Shown here piece after piece: positions 24,850-36,894 of a stretch of 64,000 nucleotides of DNA. The notes below the pieces were generated by a model that saw only the letters and a program-made list of their open reading frames with translations, had not been told where the DNA came from and searched no databases. The translations under genes were made by a program, and so were the position numbers. The DNA lies in assembly GCA_951406725.2 (NCBI GenBank), contig OX597822.1, forward strand, positions 24,118,001 to 24,182,000, given 5' to 3'. Source of the DNA: Octopus vulgaris (lineage: Eukaryota). Every line of letters starts with the position of its first letter. Position 1 is the first letter of the stretch.

Positions 24850-25490
24850 TCTCTTGTTTCAACTCTGCAACCCTTGTCACATTGATGTGATGTCACCAAT
24901 CTTAAGTCTTTTCTATCGTTACTGCCACAGGAAATGCTCTGATGAACTTTCTCTCTTAGTTCCAGACCATTTAGTGCCATCTCATCTGACTCAAAACTCA
25001 CAGCATCTTCATCCAAATGCCATTGTGCTTCCGTGAATAAGGATGTCTTTCTTATTTCTTTATTGCCCACAAGGGGCTAAACACAGAGGGGACAAACAAG
25101 GACAAACAAATAGATTAAGTCGATTACATCGACCCCAGTGCGAAACTGGTACTTATTTAATCGACTCCGAAAGGATGAAAGGCAAAGTTGACCTTGGCGG
25201 AATTTGAACTCAGAACATATCGGCAGACGAAATACCACCAAGCATATCGCCCGGCGTGCTAACGTCTCTGCCAGCTCGCTGCCTTATAAGGAAGTCTTTC
25301 TATAGTCATAGCTCTTTCCCTTGAACTGCTAGACTTCGAAGCTCCCTCCCATCTCATTGCTTTCCTCCTTCTTATGACCAGAACTCTTTCAAGTCTAAAG
25401 TAAATTCATTTCTTTCATCTTAATTTCTCCTTCTTCATAGTCTCTTATATTAAGGGTCTTCTTGCCTTGTTTGGGGCTTTCTAATATGAA
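24850..25490 (+). mobile_element. CR1/Jockey-group LINE 3' fragment split by SINE D
   Basis: SLFYRYCH..CSDELS.LVP ... TARL..SLPSHCFP.SYD...FKSKVN. Confidence 0.7.
25053..25285 (-). mobile_element. SINE family D copy inserted in a LINE fragment, with about 16-bp TSD
   Basis: TSD ATAAGGA(T/A)GTCTTTCT on both sides. Confidence 0.88.
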
Positions 25491-25690
25491 AACAAAATAA
25501 CAAAAACTCTTCATCTCAGAAATTTATGGGTTCCTTAATTAATGAGTGGAAAAGATGGAGAGAAAAGGGTACATGTCTTAGAACCTTTGTAGACTCAGGA
25601 TTATAATTGATGAAAGGATGTGTGATGCAACCATACAATTTAAACTGTGGATTCTGATTGAAGATATACAAAGACAAACATATAACTTAC

Positions 25691-25800
25691 CTTTTGCTAA
25701 TTTCTGGATTTGAATCTCCCAAAATTCGAAAGAGCCCATCAAGAATATCAGGCAGGAGAAACAACATGTTAATATTTGGGACAGCATCCAGAACAGAAAT
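25691..25800 (-). CDS. VAC14: VAC14 coding exon 6 ([36 protein letters not shown])
   Basis: TAG acceptor, GTAAGT donor, 110 nt. Conserved LPxILDGLF. Confidence 0.95.
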
Positions 25801-25940
25801 CTATGGAAGAGACAAAAAAATTAGAATTAAAGAATAGTTTCCTTGATTAAAAACTAAAAAACTATATTTAAAAAAATCAAATTCTTTAACATTTTGTTTA
25901 AATTCTTTCTGTGTAATGAGAAAATACTTACTGTTTACAT

Positions 25941-26382
25941 ATACTCTTTTCCTCTTTAATTTGTTTCAGTCATTTGACTGTGGCCATCCTGGAGCACCGC
26001 CTTTAGTCGAGCAAATTGGCCCCAGGAATTATTCTTTGGAAACCTAGTACTTATTCTATCGGTCTCTTTTGCCGAACCGCTAAGTTATGAGGACATAAAG
26101 ACACAAGTTATGGGGACATAAAGACACCACCATTGGTTATCGGTTGTCAAGCGATGTTAGAGGGACACACATAAACATATACACACACATACATCTATAT
26201 ATATATATATACATATATACAACAGGCTTCTTTCAGTTTCCGTCTACCAAATCCACTCAGAAGGCTTTGGTCGGCCCAAAGCTATAGTAGAAGACACTTG
26301 CCCAAGGTGCTACGCAGTGGGAATGAACCCAGAACCATGTGGTTGGTAAGCAAGATACTCACCACATAGCCACTCTTGCACC
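25941..26382 (-). mobile_element. SINE family A copy
   Basis: Reverse complement of family A with a short internal duplication (AAGTTATGRGGACATAAAGACAC x2). Confidence 0.87.
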
Positions 26383-27204
26383 TATACAAAAGATTTGGGG
26401 GTTTTCTTCAGAGAATCAAGTGTACACAATATAATCAACTCAGTAAATACTAACAAATACTTATTTTATCACACTGCTTTGTAAGCTACAAGGCAACCCC
26501 AACAGTGCTGGTGCCACTAAAAGCACCCAACACACACTAAGTGTGAAACTTTTCCTCTAGTTCTGTTAGTTACTCAGCTATTAGAGCAAGGCCATCAGCA
26601 TAGAGAAGTTCCCAGGGGCATCCTGTCTTGAATTCCTCTGTTATTGCCTGGAGAACTATGATATAAAACTATAAATAATGTCATGTAAATATTGGGTTGA
26701 AAGATTCTGAGTTCAATTCCAGGCAGTGATAATCAATCTAAAGAGCAACAACACTAGTTTTGCTGATGGTAAAACAACTTCTTTTGTGCTGGTGCTGTGG
26801 AAAATGTACACAGTACACTCTGTAAAATGGTTCGTGTTAGGAAGGGCATCAAGCCTTAGAAACCATACAAAAAAAGGGAAACATTAGAGGCAGACATGGC
26901 CCTCCAATACATTGAAAAATATCAAACCATCCTACCTAGTCCAGCATGGAAAGTACATATGAAATGATGATGATGAGGAGGATGCTAACGATAACAACAA
27001 CGATGACAATGGTGATGAAAACTTGACCCTTGGATGTCTTGTGCAAAATTCACAAGCAAATAAGCCAAAGCTTTGGCTCCCTATTTCATTACATTTGTTC
27101 TTAAAGGCATTGACTGACAGTTGCTCAGACTGAGTATTAACTGCATTAATCATTAATCATTTGGATTATTTGCATAATTATTTAAAAAGAAAAACATTTT
27201 ATAT

Positions 27205-27691
27205 TGAAATTAAATTGAAATCAGATTCGATGACTAGCATCCGTGCTAATGGAGCGCAAAGAGCACCATCCGAGCTTGATCATTGCCAGAGCGGATAACT
27301 GGCTTCCGTGCCGGTGGCACGTAAAAAGGACCATTTGAGCGTGATCATTACCTTACTGGCACTTGTGCAGGTGGCATGTGAAAAAACATTCGAGCAAGGT
27401 CGTTGCCGGTGCCGCTGGACTGGCTCCTGTGCAGGTGGCATGTAAAAAACACCATTTGAGTGTGGCCACTGACAGTACCACCTGACTGGCCCTCGTGCCG
27501 GTGGCACATAAAAGCACCCACTACACTCTCGGAGTGGTTGGCATTAGGAAGGGCATCCAGCTGTAGAAACTCTGCCAGATCTGATTGGAGCCTGGTGCAG
27601 CCATCTGGTTCACCAGTCCTCAGTCAAATCATCCAACCCATGCTAGCATGGAAAGCAGATGTTAAACGATGATGATGATGATGATGATGAT
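27205..27691 (+). mobile_element. RTE 3' UTR-only copy
   Basis: Same core in the opposite orientation with (GAT)n tail. Other plus-strand copies at about 15435-15702, 20730-20966 and 39363-39712. Confidence 0.8.
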
Positions 27692-27797
27692 TAATGTAAT
27701 TATTACTTATTGATTTTGAATTAATAGATTTCATAGATTCTTTTTGTGTGTATATCGTTGTCTTTCAATCAACCTGCAAGAAATAGCAGCCGCACAT

Positions 27798-27989
27798 GGG
27801 TGCTTTTACGCAGCACTACATAGATACTTTTAAGTGGCACTGCATGGGCACTTTTACATGACACCACATGGGCCCTTTTACATGACACCACATGGGCGCT
27901 TTTACATGGCACCACATGAGTGCTTTTACATGGCACCACACGGGCACTTTTATGTGACACGGCATAGACACTTTTACATGAAGCCACAT
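27798..27989. repeat. 24-bp minisatellite, 8 units
   Basis: Consensus GGGCRCTTTTACATGRCACCACAT. Confidence 0.8.
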
Positions 27990-28307
27990 GAAAACACAAA
28001 AGGGTACATAGGCACATCACAAGTACTTTTGACAAACTTCAGGAAGAATGGAATTTTTGAAGGAAGCAGTTCACAACTCTTAAATGCATCCTTTACTTAA
28101 CAACTGATGCCAATAATTTCTTCCATGCTTCCACGAGCACAAAAATATGTTTCTGAAATCATGAGTGTTACTTTGTTTCTATTTTGATTTTAGAAACATG
28201 TCCATGGGTGGTAGAGGTATTAAATTATCAAGATTTAAATCATGATGTTCTGGCTGAAGGAGAATGGAGGATAAAGTATGATAATGCAACGAGCTTTATA
28301 ATCTAGA

Positions 28308-28714
28308 CTAGCTTGAGGTGACCCACTCTACGCACGGGTGAGGGTGTGGTTGTTACATTCTGTTGCTTCCTTTCTGTTCCTTAAATCTTGCCTTAATTTT
28401 CAAAATTTCGAACCCTTTTTCCATGCTTAAATTACAAATCCGCTTCCACTTTACCATGTTGAAAATTTGATTGAAATCGGGCAAAAGGTGTCCAATCTAG
28501 ACCCCCCGCCCCAAGTGTCCCCAAAAATCAATAAAATCCCCGTTTTCACAGCAAAGCAACCACTGTAGTACCCCAAAACGTCTCCCAATTAATTTCTCAC
28601 CTCAACTTACCCCCTCCTGTAAATCTTAATCCCCTTCCAGCCCCATTTAGACTCCTTTTTACATAAAAATCCAATTTGTATCAATATTCACCTTCTTCAT
28701 TTTAAAGATTAAAG
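28308..28714 (-). mobile_element. Helitron-like element, same family as 10755-11327
   Basis: Reverse-complement match at both termini. Confidence 0.7.
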
Positions 28715-30079
28715 ATAACCGCCTCTAGCCCCTGCAGCAAAACGAAAAGCCACCATTATTCAAACAGCGCAACCTGTCTATCCCATAAAACTCAATTTTT
28801 CCCATATTCCTCACCATGGCAACCAAACGGTAGCCCCAAGCAACTTGCAACCCTCCTCAGACCATTGCTCACCCCATTTTACCTCCCAGTGTAAATTTTA
28901 GCACCAATCCAATCCCATCTACCGACCATCAAACCGTTCCCATCTCAAAATAGTTTCTAAAAGATGAAATTACTTTACTTGAGTTCTTATAAATAAAATA
29001 AACTATGAGTGGATGTCTCTGTACGTATTTATTTTTCATAGTTCATGATATTAACTCAAGGGAGAAAATCTTACGAGTGTAATTTTATGCAAGGTTTACA
29101 GATGCAAAAATGTTGGACCGGAAAATCTACACTGCATTGCTAAAAGATAGAGTTACCTCCCTTGACTATGAACTAAAAATGGATAGAAGAACCAAATTCT
29201 GACATTTTCAGGTTAAGATTAGGGTTGACAAATAAACAGTGCTTATTTTATAATTATTACCTCCACTTTAGCGAAGGCGGAGGTATTGTTTTCAGTCATG
29301 TTTGTTTGTTTGTCTAACAAGATATCTCAAGAACCACTGGATGGATTCAGATGAAACTTTCAGGGATGCTTGGCCTCATGACTGGTACGAACTGATTAGA
29401 TTTGGGGATTAATCCAGTACCGGACAAGGATTCTGGATTATTTTTCCGGTATTTTTACTTCATTTTTGACACTAACCCTGTGAAGAATTCTTTCAGTTCC
29501 AAGCAATGCTGATTTTTGCAGGTGTTCTATTTTTACATTTGTACCAATCTTTTTCATCTATGTTGGTAGTTGAGTGCTGATACTTCCAAGTGCTCCAATT
29601 ACTATTGGTACCACTTCTATACAACCTTCGTTAGAATTTTCTTCAGGTCTAGTAGCTCATCCTGCTCAAAAGGTCCCTGAATAAGGTTTGTTTAAGAATG
29701 ATGAATGAAATACCCATGTTTCCAAGGGTGAATTATTCAAACACCAAACAGTTTCTCTCAACATATGGCTATGATGCTACCCAACTACTCCTGCTCATGA
29801 TCAGAGATGCAGATATTGTCAGCCACCAAACACCAGCTTAATGACAAATTTTTTGCAGAGTTCTTGATGCATGAGCAGTAAACAAGTGTCACCTTAGTCT
29901 GCTCGCTGTGAACAGCTGACACTTTCTATCATACCCTGCAAAATAAAATGAGAGTTTTCATCCAATAATAATAATAATAAATATTTCATAGTGTTTGTCT
30001 ACTGCTATCAACTCCAGCATCATGATGAAAATAATATGTTACATAGAAATAATTTCTCATTACTTTCATAGCAAGGATA

Positions 30080-30258
30080 GGTGCAGGAGTGGCTGTGTGG
30101 TAAGTAGCTTGCTTACCAACCACATGGTTCCGGGTTCAGTCCCACTGCTTGGTACCTTGGCCAAGTGTCTTCTACTATAGCCTTGGGCCGACCAAAGCCT
30201 TGTGAGTGGATTTGGTAGATGGAAACTGAAAGATGCCCGTCGTATGTATGTATATATG

Positions 30259-30302
<44 letters not shown>

Positions 30303-30510
30303 TTTGTGTGTCTGTATTTGTTCCCCAACATCGCTTGACAACCAATGCTGGTGTGTTTACGTCCCTGTAACTTAGTGGTTCGGCAAAAAAGAGACCGATA
30401 GAATAAGTACTAGGCTTACAAAGAATAAGTCCTGGTGTCGATTTGCTCAACTAAAAGGCGGTGCTCCAGCATGGCTCCAGTCAAATGACAGAAACAAGTA
30501 AAAGAGAGAG
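30080..30510 (+). mobile_element. SINE family A copy
   Basis: Same head, body and tail as 35945-36372. Confidence 0.9.
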
Positions 30511-30594
30511 TAATGAAAGAGTTTAAATGTAATTTGCAGAACAAATAAGTTAAACAATGTTGTTAAGTCTTATATATATATATATCTTACTTAC

Positions 30595-30702
30595 CCATGA
30601 CACGACAAACTGGCGGGCAAATGTATTTGTTGTATAAATACGTTCTCTCAACAATGGAATAAAAGCAACTAAATCGAACGAAGCACTTTCAGTGACGATA
30701 TC
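30595..30702 (-). CDS. VAC14: VAC14 coding exon 5 ([36 protein letters not shown])
   Basis: TAG acceptor, GTAAGT donor, 108 nt. Conserved [10 protein letters not shown]. Confidence 0.96.
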
Positions 30703-31507
30703 CTAGAAACAAAAACAAACAAAAACAAAGAAAAAAATTCAGTGAGCTTCGAAAATAACACAAAGTAAAATATTATACTGACATTTTTGATACCAACCTG
30801 CTTGGGACTGCCCTATATGTCATAATACAAATTTCTTGTTTAAAGTGGTTAAAATCATAAAGAAAAAGAACTTCAATCAAAACTTCCTTAATAATGTCAA
30901 AATTAGTTTACTAAATTTTTCATTTTTATCAAAATTCATTGTAAACAAAAGCAATGTTTCCAACAGAAATTTGATGACAAAAGGTTATATATACATATAT
31001 ATGTATGTATTGGAGATGTACTTGCATAGCAAGTGACCTGATGTTAGATCGTGTGCTGCAACGAAAACAATTGCAGCATGGAAGGTGCTTATAAGCCATT
31101 TAAGAAATGTACAAAAACCGTTAGATTCACTTCAACATTTAAATTTAATTTGCTAAATTAAATTTAAATATTGAAGTGAATCTAATGGCTTTTGTGCATT
31201 TCTTAAATGGCGTATAAATACCTACGCTGCAATTGTGTGTGTAAACACACACACATATATAAAGAGTGAATATTCAGATGTGAACATTCATAAAGATATT
31301 ATTATTGTTAATATTATCTGCAGTGAATATAAGTGATTGATAATAATAACAGCAATAATATAGGTGGTTATAGGTATCTAATAGCATCAAATAGCTATAA
31401 AATTAGTGCTAATTTTATTATATATATATATATATATATTTCTGAGCAAGATATAAACAGTAGCTGCATGACATTGTGAAGTATATTTGCCACTTAAATG
31501 TGGTTAA

Positions 31508-31862
31508 CCCTTAAGGGTGGATGCTACTGTAGCTTGTAGCCCCAGGAGGACACCTCTTCCAGCTGGCTATTGACACATTATCTGTGCCCTATTAGTATTT
31601 GCAAAGGGAAGCCATCCTTCCCATCTCGAACCTGACATGATACGCACAGACTCAAGTTTCTGGCTATTGACCCGTCATCAGCGTGTGACAGTCACCGGTT
31701 GTCAATGTGAAGTGGCTCCCAATGCAAATATATATACTTTTTCCAGTGGTGAAAAGTCACTGATCTCGAAAAAGTGCTAACAAGCAGGCACAGGTAGTGT
31801 GTCAATAGCCAGCTGGAGGAGGTGTCCTCCTGGGGCTACAAGCTACAGTAGCATCCACCCTT

Positions 31863-31867
<5 letters not shown>
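31508..31867. mobile_element. Element with about 70-bp inverted termini enclosing a hammerhead motif (Penelope-like relic)
   Basis: CCCTTAAGGGTGGATGCTACTGTAGC...GCTATTGACACA and its near-perfect reverse complement. Confidence 0.75.
31645..31685 (-). ncRNA. Slightly decayed minimal hammerhead motif
   Basis: CACG-CUGAUGA-CGG gucaauag CCA-GAAA-CUUGAG-UC^UGUG. Deviations are explicable as CpG decay (CCG>CCA, CTCGAG>CTTGAG). Confidence 0.7.
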
Positions 31868-31907
<40 letters not shown>

Positions 31908-32189
31908 TTGTAAATCATGAATCTGAAAAAGAAACAAATCTCAAGTTATAGAGCAGTAGAGTAATTAGATAAAGATGGCTATTGTCAGTCTGTGAGGTTA
32001 CCCAGGGTTTCATGTCCATAAAGCACTTAGCTTTACTAGAGTCTAACCCAGCCAAAGTCATCTTGTGTTTACTAATTTTACAAATCAAAGCTGGGTACTG
32101 TCACATCAGACAGTATATTTTGCTGGGACAACACAGAACTCTTCAAATCTAACTAACAAGATTTTCCAATCTAATCTAGATAGCAATAG

Positions 32190-32572
32190 GATTTGATAAG
32201 GACTGAGATTTATGGTACATTGCTATACTAAAGACAACTTACCCACGACAACAGAAACCTTACGAAGAAGATGACAGAGGACCAAGATAAGTGGCGCTTT
32301 GCTATACTCAAGAAGACCTGCCAATCACCACAGAATCCTTATGAAGGAGATGACAGAGGACCAAGATATGAGGAACATTGCTATACACAAGAAGAGCCAC
32401 CCATGACAACAGAATCCTTATGAAGGAGATGACAGTGGACCAAGATATGTGACATACTGCTGTACTCAAGAAGACCTGCCCATCACCACAGAATCCTTAT
32501 GAAGGAGATGACAGTGGACCAAGATATGTGGTGCATTGTTGTACTCAAGAAGACCTGCCCACCACAACAGAA
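32190..32572 (+). repeat. 79-bp tandem repeat (4 clear units plus 1 degenerate) derived from the RTE ORF terminus; UTR continues to about 32850
   Basis: Units start at 32251, 32330, 32409 and 32488. They translate as LMKEMTEDQDMW..AILKKT, matching LTKEMTRDRDLWKYAVREKT at about 8600-8530. Confidence 0.85.
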
Positions 32573-34020
32573 TTAAGATCCTAAAACCAAGGTGCCACTT
32601 ATAAAGCACTGATGTGGGTGCTGGTGTCATATAAAAAGCACTGGGCAAACATAAAAGACACAGGTGATGGTGTCACATAAAAAGCACCCAGTATACTCTG
32701 CGGGGTGGTTGGCATTTAGGAAGGGTAACCAGCCATAAAAACCAAGTCAAAACAGACTATGGAACCTGGTTTGGCCCCTGGTCTTGTCAGTGCCTGTCAA
32801 GCTGTCCAACTCATGCCAGCATGGAAAACAGACATTAAATGTTGTTGATGACGGTGGTGGTGGTGGTGGTACAGAGTTTCTGAAACCGCTTACTCAGTAT
32901 GCTCTTTGAAACATCACTGTTATCATCAACTATTACTGCCACCGTGTGCCATTAGTCTGAATAGGTTGAATGAGTCTACACAAATATATTCGTACAGCTT
33001 ATCTCTTGCCAAGGTCAATCCTTATGATAGTTACGATAAACACCTTTTGCAGGCTGCAGTCAGCTTCATGTGATTGCATATCTTACTTCTGTCCAAGCTA
33101 TCACCAATCACATTACAGTGTAAAGAAATGTAATGAAAACTAATTTGAATATTTATCTGAGCAAACATAATTAAGAAACCATTTATGTTTCATTAATTAA
33201 TGACTATGTTTATTATACATTGCATGGCATTAATTGGCAAAAATGAGTTAAGTCTGACAACAGATAGTAATGTTTGTAATAAACGGATTGGCACCTTGGA
33301 TAAGCATCTTCTACCACAGCTTCAGGCACATGATTCCTTCTGAGTAGAATTTGGTAGAACTGAGCAGAAATCTCTCTCTCTTTCTCTCTCTCTCTATCTA
33401 TCTATTTATCTATCTGTGTGTGTGTGTGTCTGAAGGCACATGGCTTTGTAGTTAGAGCAGCGTTTCTCAACTGGGGTTCCCCAGAACCCTAGCGTTCCAC
33501 GAAAAAGAGTGAGATAAGCTAATGCTACTTTCATGATCATAATATCACTATTCATGCACAACATATTATTAGTTATTGTAATACTCTAATATAGACATCT
33601 TCCTATCTAACCTATTATGTTATCGAAAAAATATAACCATATATATATGATATTTATCACATGAACTATGATGAAAAAATGTGTGAGAGATATGGTATAT
33701 AATTTTTTTTGTGCAGGGGTTCCTTGTGACATGTAAAACCCTTAAAATAAATTACATGTCTCAAGGAATCCCTGCACAAAAAAAAAATTATATACCATAT
33801 CTTTCTCACATTTTTCACATTTTTTCATTGTATTTCATGTGGTAAATATATATATATATATATAAATAAATAAATATAAGAGAGTGGTCACTATATGGCC
33901 ACTCTAGCACCAGTTAATCCAAAAGGTTTCAACCACGAAAATACATGTTTCCCATGAAAGTCAGTACGATTGTTAGCTCACACGGACAGGGCAAATAAAA
34001 AATAACAAAAATACAGATTA

Positions 34021-34103
34021 TTTTGGGACAATTGTTTCGCTATTAATGAATTAAATGTAATTTTACTTACAAAAAAAATCCATTTGTAGCTCGTCAGCCA
34101 AAA
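34021..34103 (-). ncRNA. Minimal type I hammerhead ribozyme motif, intact core with GUC site
   Basis: Minus strand reads UUUUGG-CUGACGA-GCUA...UAGC-GAAA-CAAUUG-UC^CCAAAA. Confidence 0.88.
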
Positions 34104-34787
34104 CTATCTGGATGAAATCCACTCAATCACACGCCAGATTTTACCATAACGATAAATACGCGTGTGGTTCAATTGATTACATCCGACGTTGTAATTCAAA
34201 TGCCCCAACTAACAGAATAGATATACTATTAAATTAGTATCTAATTCTCTCACCCTTATTAATTAATTATATATATATATATATATGGTTGTTATATTTT
34301 TTTGATAACAATCTCCATCCCCTGTCATCTTGACCTGTTCTTACCAGTGGATTGAAAATAGTCACAGACAAGAGAGTGTGGTTGATGGTATGCAACTCTT
34401 CTTAACTTTAAGCAAAGTCAGTGCATAAGTCATAAGTCGATCTATATGATGTCTGGATGCTCCTTGTCGCTTCAACGGACAAACATCAAGAGTGGTATAA
34501 AAGGTAAGTTGAGTTGCCTCCCATATGTCAAAAAAGGTGATTTCACTCTTCACTAGACAGATCTTGATAAAATAAGTCCCAGACTGACTGAAAAAAAGCA
34601 TTGGGGTTGACATGGTTGACTAAAAATCTTTGGAAGAGGTGCCCCAGCATGACCACAGTCCAATGACTGAAACCAGTAAGAAATAAGGTTTAAAAGAAAA
34701 CACAGAATTCAAGTTCTAATAGACATGATAAGTGGGAATTTAAGACAATATTATCCAAAATATAAATATGAGGGTATAAATGGTTAC

Positions 34788-34850
34788 CTTTATTAAGCGA
34801 TCGAGTAGTTCTGTGCCATTCTTGACATGCTGGTCAGGATCAGCAGTCAA
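34788..34850 (-). CDS. VAC14: VAC14 coding exon 4 (LTADPDQHVKNGTELLDRLIK)
   Basis: TAG acceptor, GTAAC donor, 63 nt. Conserved ELLDRL. Confidence 0.95.
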
Positions 34851-35876
34851 CTACAAAAAACAAACAAACAAAATGCAGTTCTATATTTAAGAGATGAGGA
34901 ATTATGTACATTATTGACATTTGATGGATATTTGTCCTCATTTTGTTTGTTGATATACCCTCCAGCCTTCATCAGAACTTGGGTTCTCATTCCTAAAGTA
35001 TTTTTCGATGTTACTACTACTACTACTACTACTATTATTATTATTATTCAGATCACTTCCTGGAATCGAACTCGGAATCTTGGGGTTAGTAGCCCACGCT
35101 CTTAACCCCAAGATTTCAAGTTCAATTCCAGGCAGTGATCTAAATAATAATGGTAATAATAATAATAATAATAGTAATCAGAAAATACCTTAGGTATGAG
35201 AACCCAGGTTCAAAATTTCCCCAAGACACTTGATGAAAACTGGAGGGTATAACAGCTGAAACATGTTAACAACAAAAAAGATGAGGACAAATATCCATCA
35301 AATGTAAATAATGTAAATAATGTATAAACGAAATATATTACTATAAACTGAAAATAAAGTAAAAAAGATAATAAAACAAAAATACATTATGCACAATAGA
35401 AGCACTGTTACATTAAAATAGTCATCTATGTATCATATTTAAAGTAAAAAAAAATCATTGAAAAGGAAAATTATTGTGGTATTTGTCCAGAGGAAAACAG
35501 CACATCTATAAGAGATGTTATCTCTGGACAAATACTGCAGTAACTTGCCTTTCAATGATGTACATCAAATTAATGATACTTAGACAGCTACTTTTAATAA
35601 AGCCAAAATGAAAGACTAATGGGTTAGAATTAACAAACAACATTAATGTAGCTGGGAACTCCAATCATAGCAGTAATTAGTGTATTAAATAAAAACCTCA
35701 GTAATTATTTTTATCACGATGCTCCTGTTTCGTGTCCTTCCAAGTGAGACAGCTCCTCCAGTCTACAGTCAGTAATACCAAAGAAGCCTTGTGACTAGAT
35801 GTGGCAGATGTAAACTGAAAAAGATTTTGTTGTGTGTGTGTGTGTGCATGCATATAAATATATATATATATATATA

Positions 35877-35944
<68 letters not shown>

Positions 35945-35946
<2 letters not shown>

Positions 35947-36109
35947 CGCAGGAGTGGCTGTGTGGTAAGTAGCTTGCTAACCAACCACATGGTTCCGGGT
36001 TCAGTCCCACTGCTTGACATCTTGGGCAAGTGTCTTCTGCTATAGCCCTGGGCCAACCAATGCCTTGTGAGTGGATTTGGTAGACAGAAACTGAAAGAAG
36101 CCTGTCGTA

Positions 36110-36159
<50 letters not shown>

Positions 36160-36372
36160 GGCTTGTGTGTCTGTGTTTGTCCCCCTAGCATTGCTTGACA
36201 ACTGATGCTGGTGTGTTTACATCCCCGTCACTTAGCGGTTCGGCAAAAGAGACCGATAGAATAGGTACTGGGCTTACAAAGAATAAGTCCTGGGGTCGAT
36301 TTGCTCGACTAAAGGCGGTGCTCCAGAATTGGCCGCAGTCAAATGACTGAAACAAGTAAAAGAGTAAAGAGT
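35945..36372 (+). mobile_element. tRNA-derived SINE family A, full length, with internal (TA)n(GT)n
   Basis: Head GGCGCAGGAGTGGCTGTGTGGTAAG...GGTTCAGTCCC (A/B boxes) and tail GGCGGTGCTCCAG...GAAACAAGTAAAAGAG. More than 10 copies in the window. Confidence 0.9.
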
Positions 36373-36409
36373 ATATATATATATATATATATATATGATA
36401 TATTATATG

Positions 36410-36451
<42 letters not shown>

Positions 36452-36894
36452 CTGCTTTTTAATAAAGCATATTACTCTACCTCTGGTATTCGAGTACTAT
36501 TTTTTCCACCTTGTTTCAGATTTCTGTGCTTACTCTGTCAAACCATCTAATCCATGCCAGATTCGAAGATGCATGTTAAAAGATGAGGATGTAAAGGGAG
36601 AAAGGATGATGGAGATGAGATGTCCGGATGTACTTTCAAGGTATACGGAGGTGGATATAAGAGAGAATAAGGTCAAAGAAACATGAATGGCTGGATGGGT
36701 AGGTTTGCAAGAATGTGAAAAGAATGTCACAGATGGGTAGAAATGGGGATAGAAGTGAATGCAGTGAATGATACTTCCCCAAAATCCATCCCCTCCTCAC
36801 TGTGGTGGGGACACTGGCAACGGGTAGTGTCAGAGCTATGCCATCGGGAACTTCAGTTCCTGGTAGGGCCACCCAAGGTGGATCAGTCTGACAC

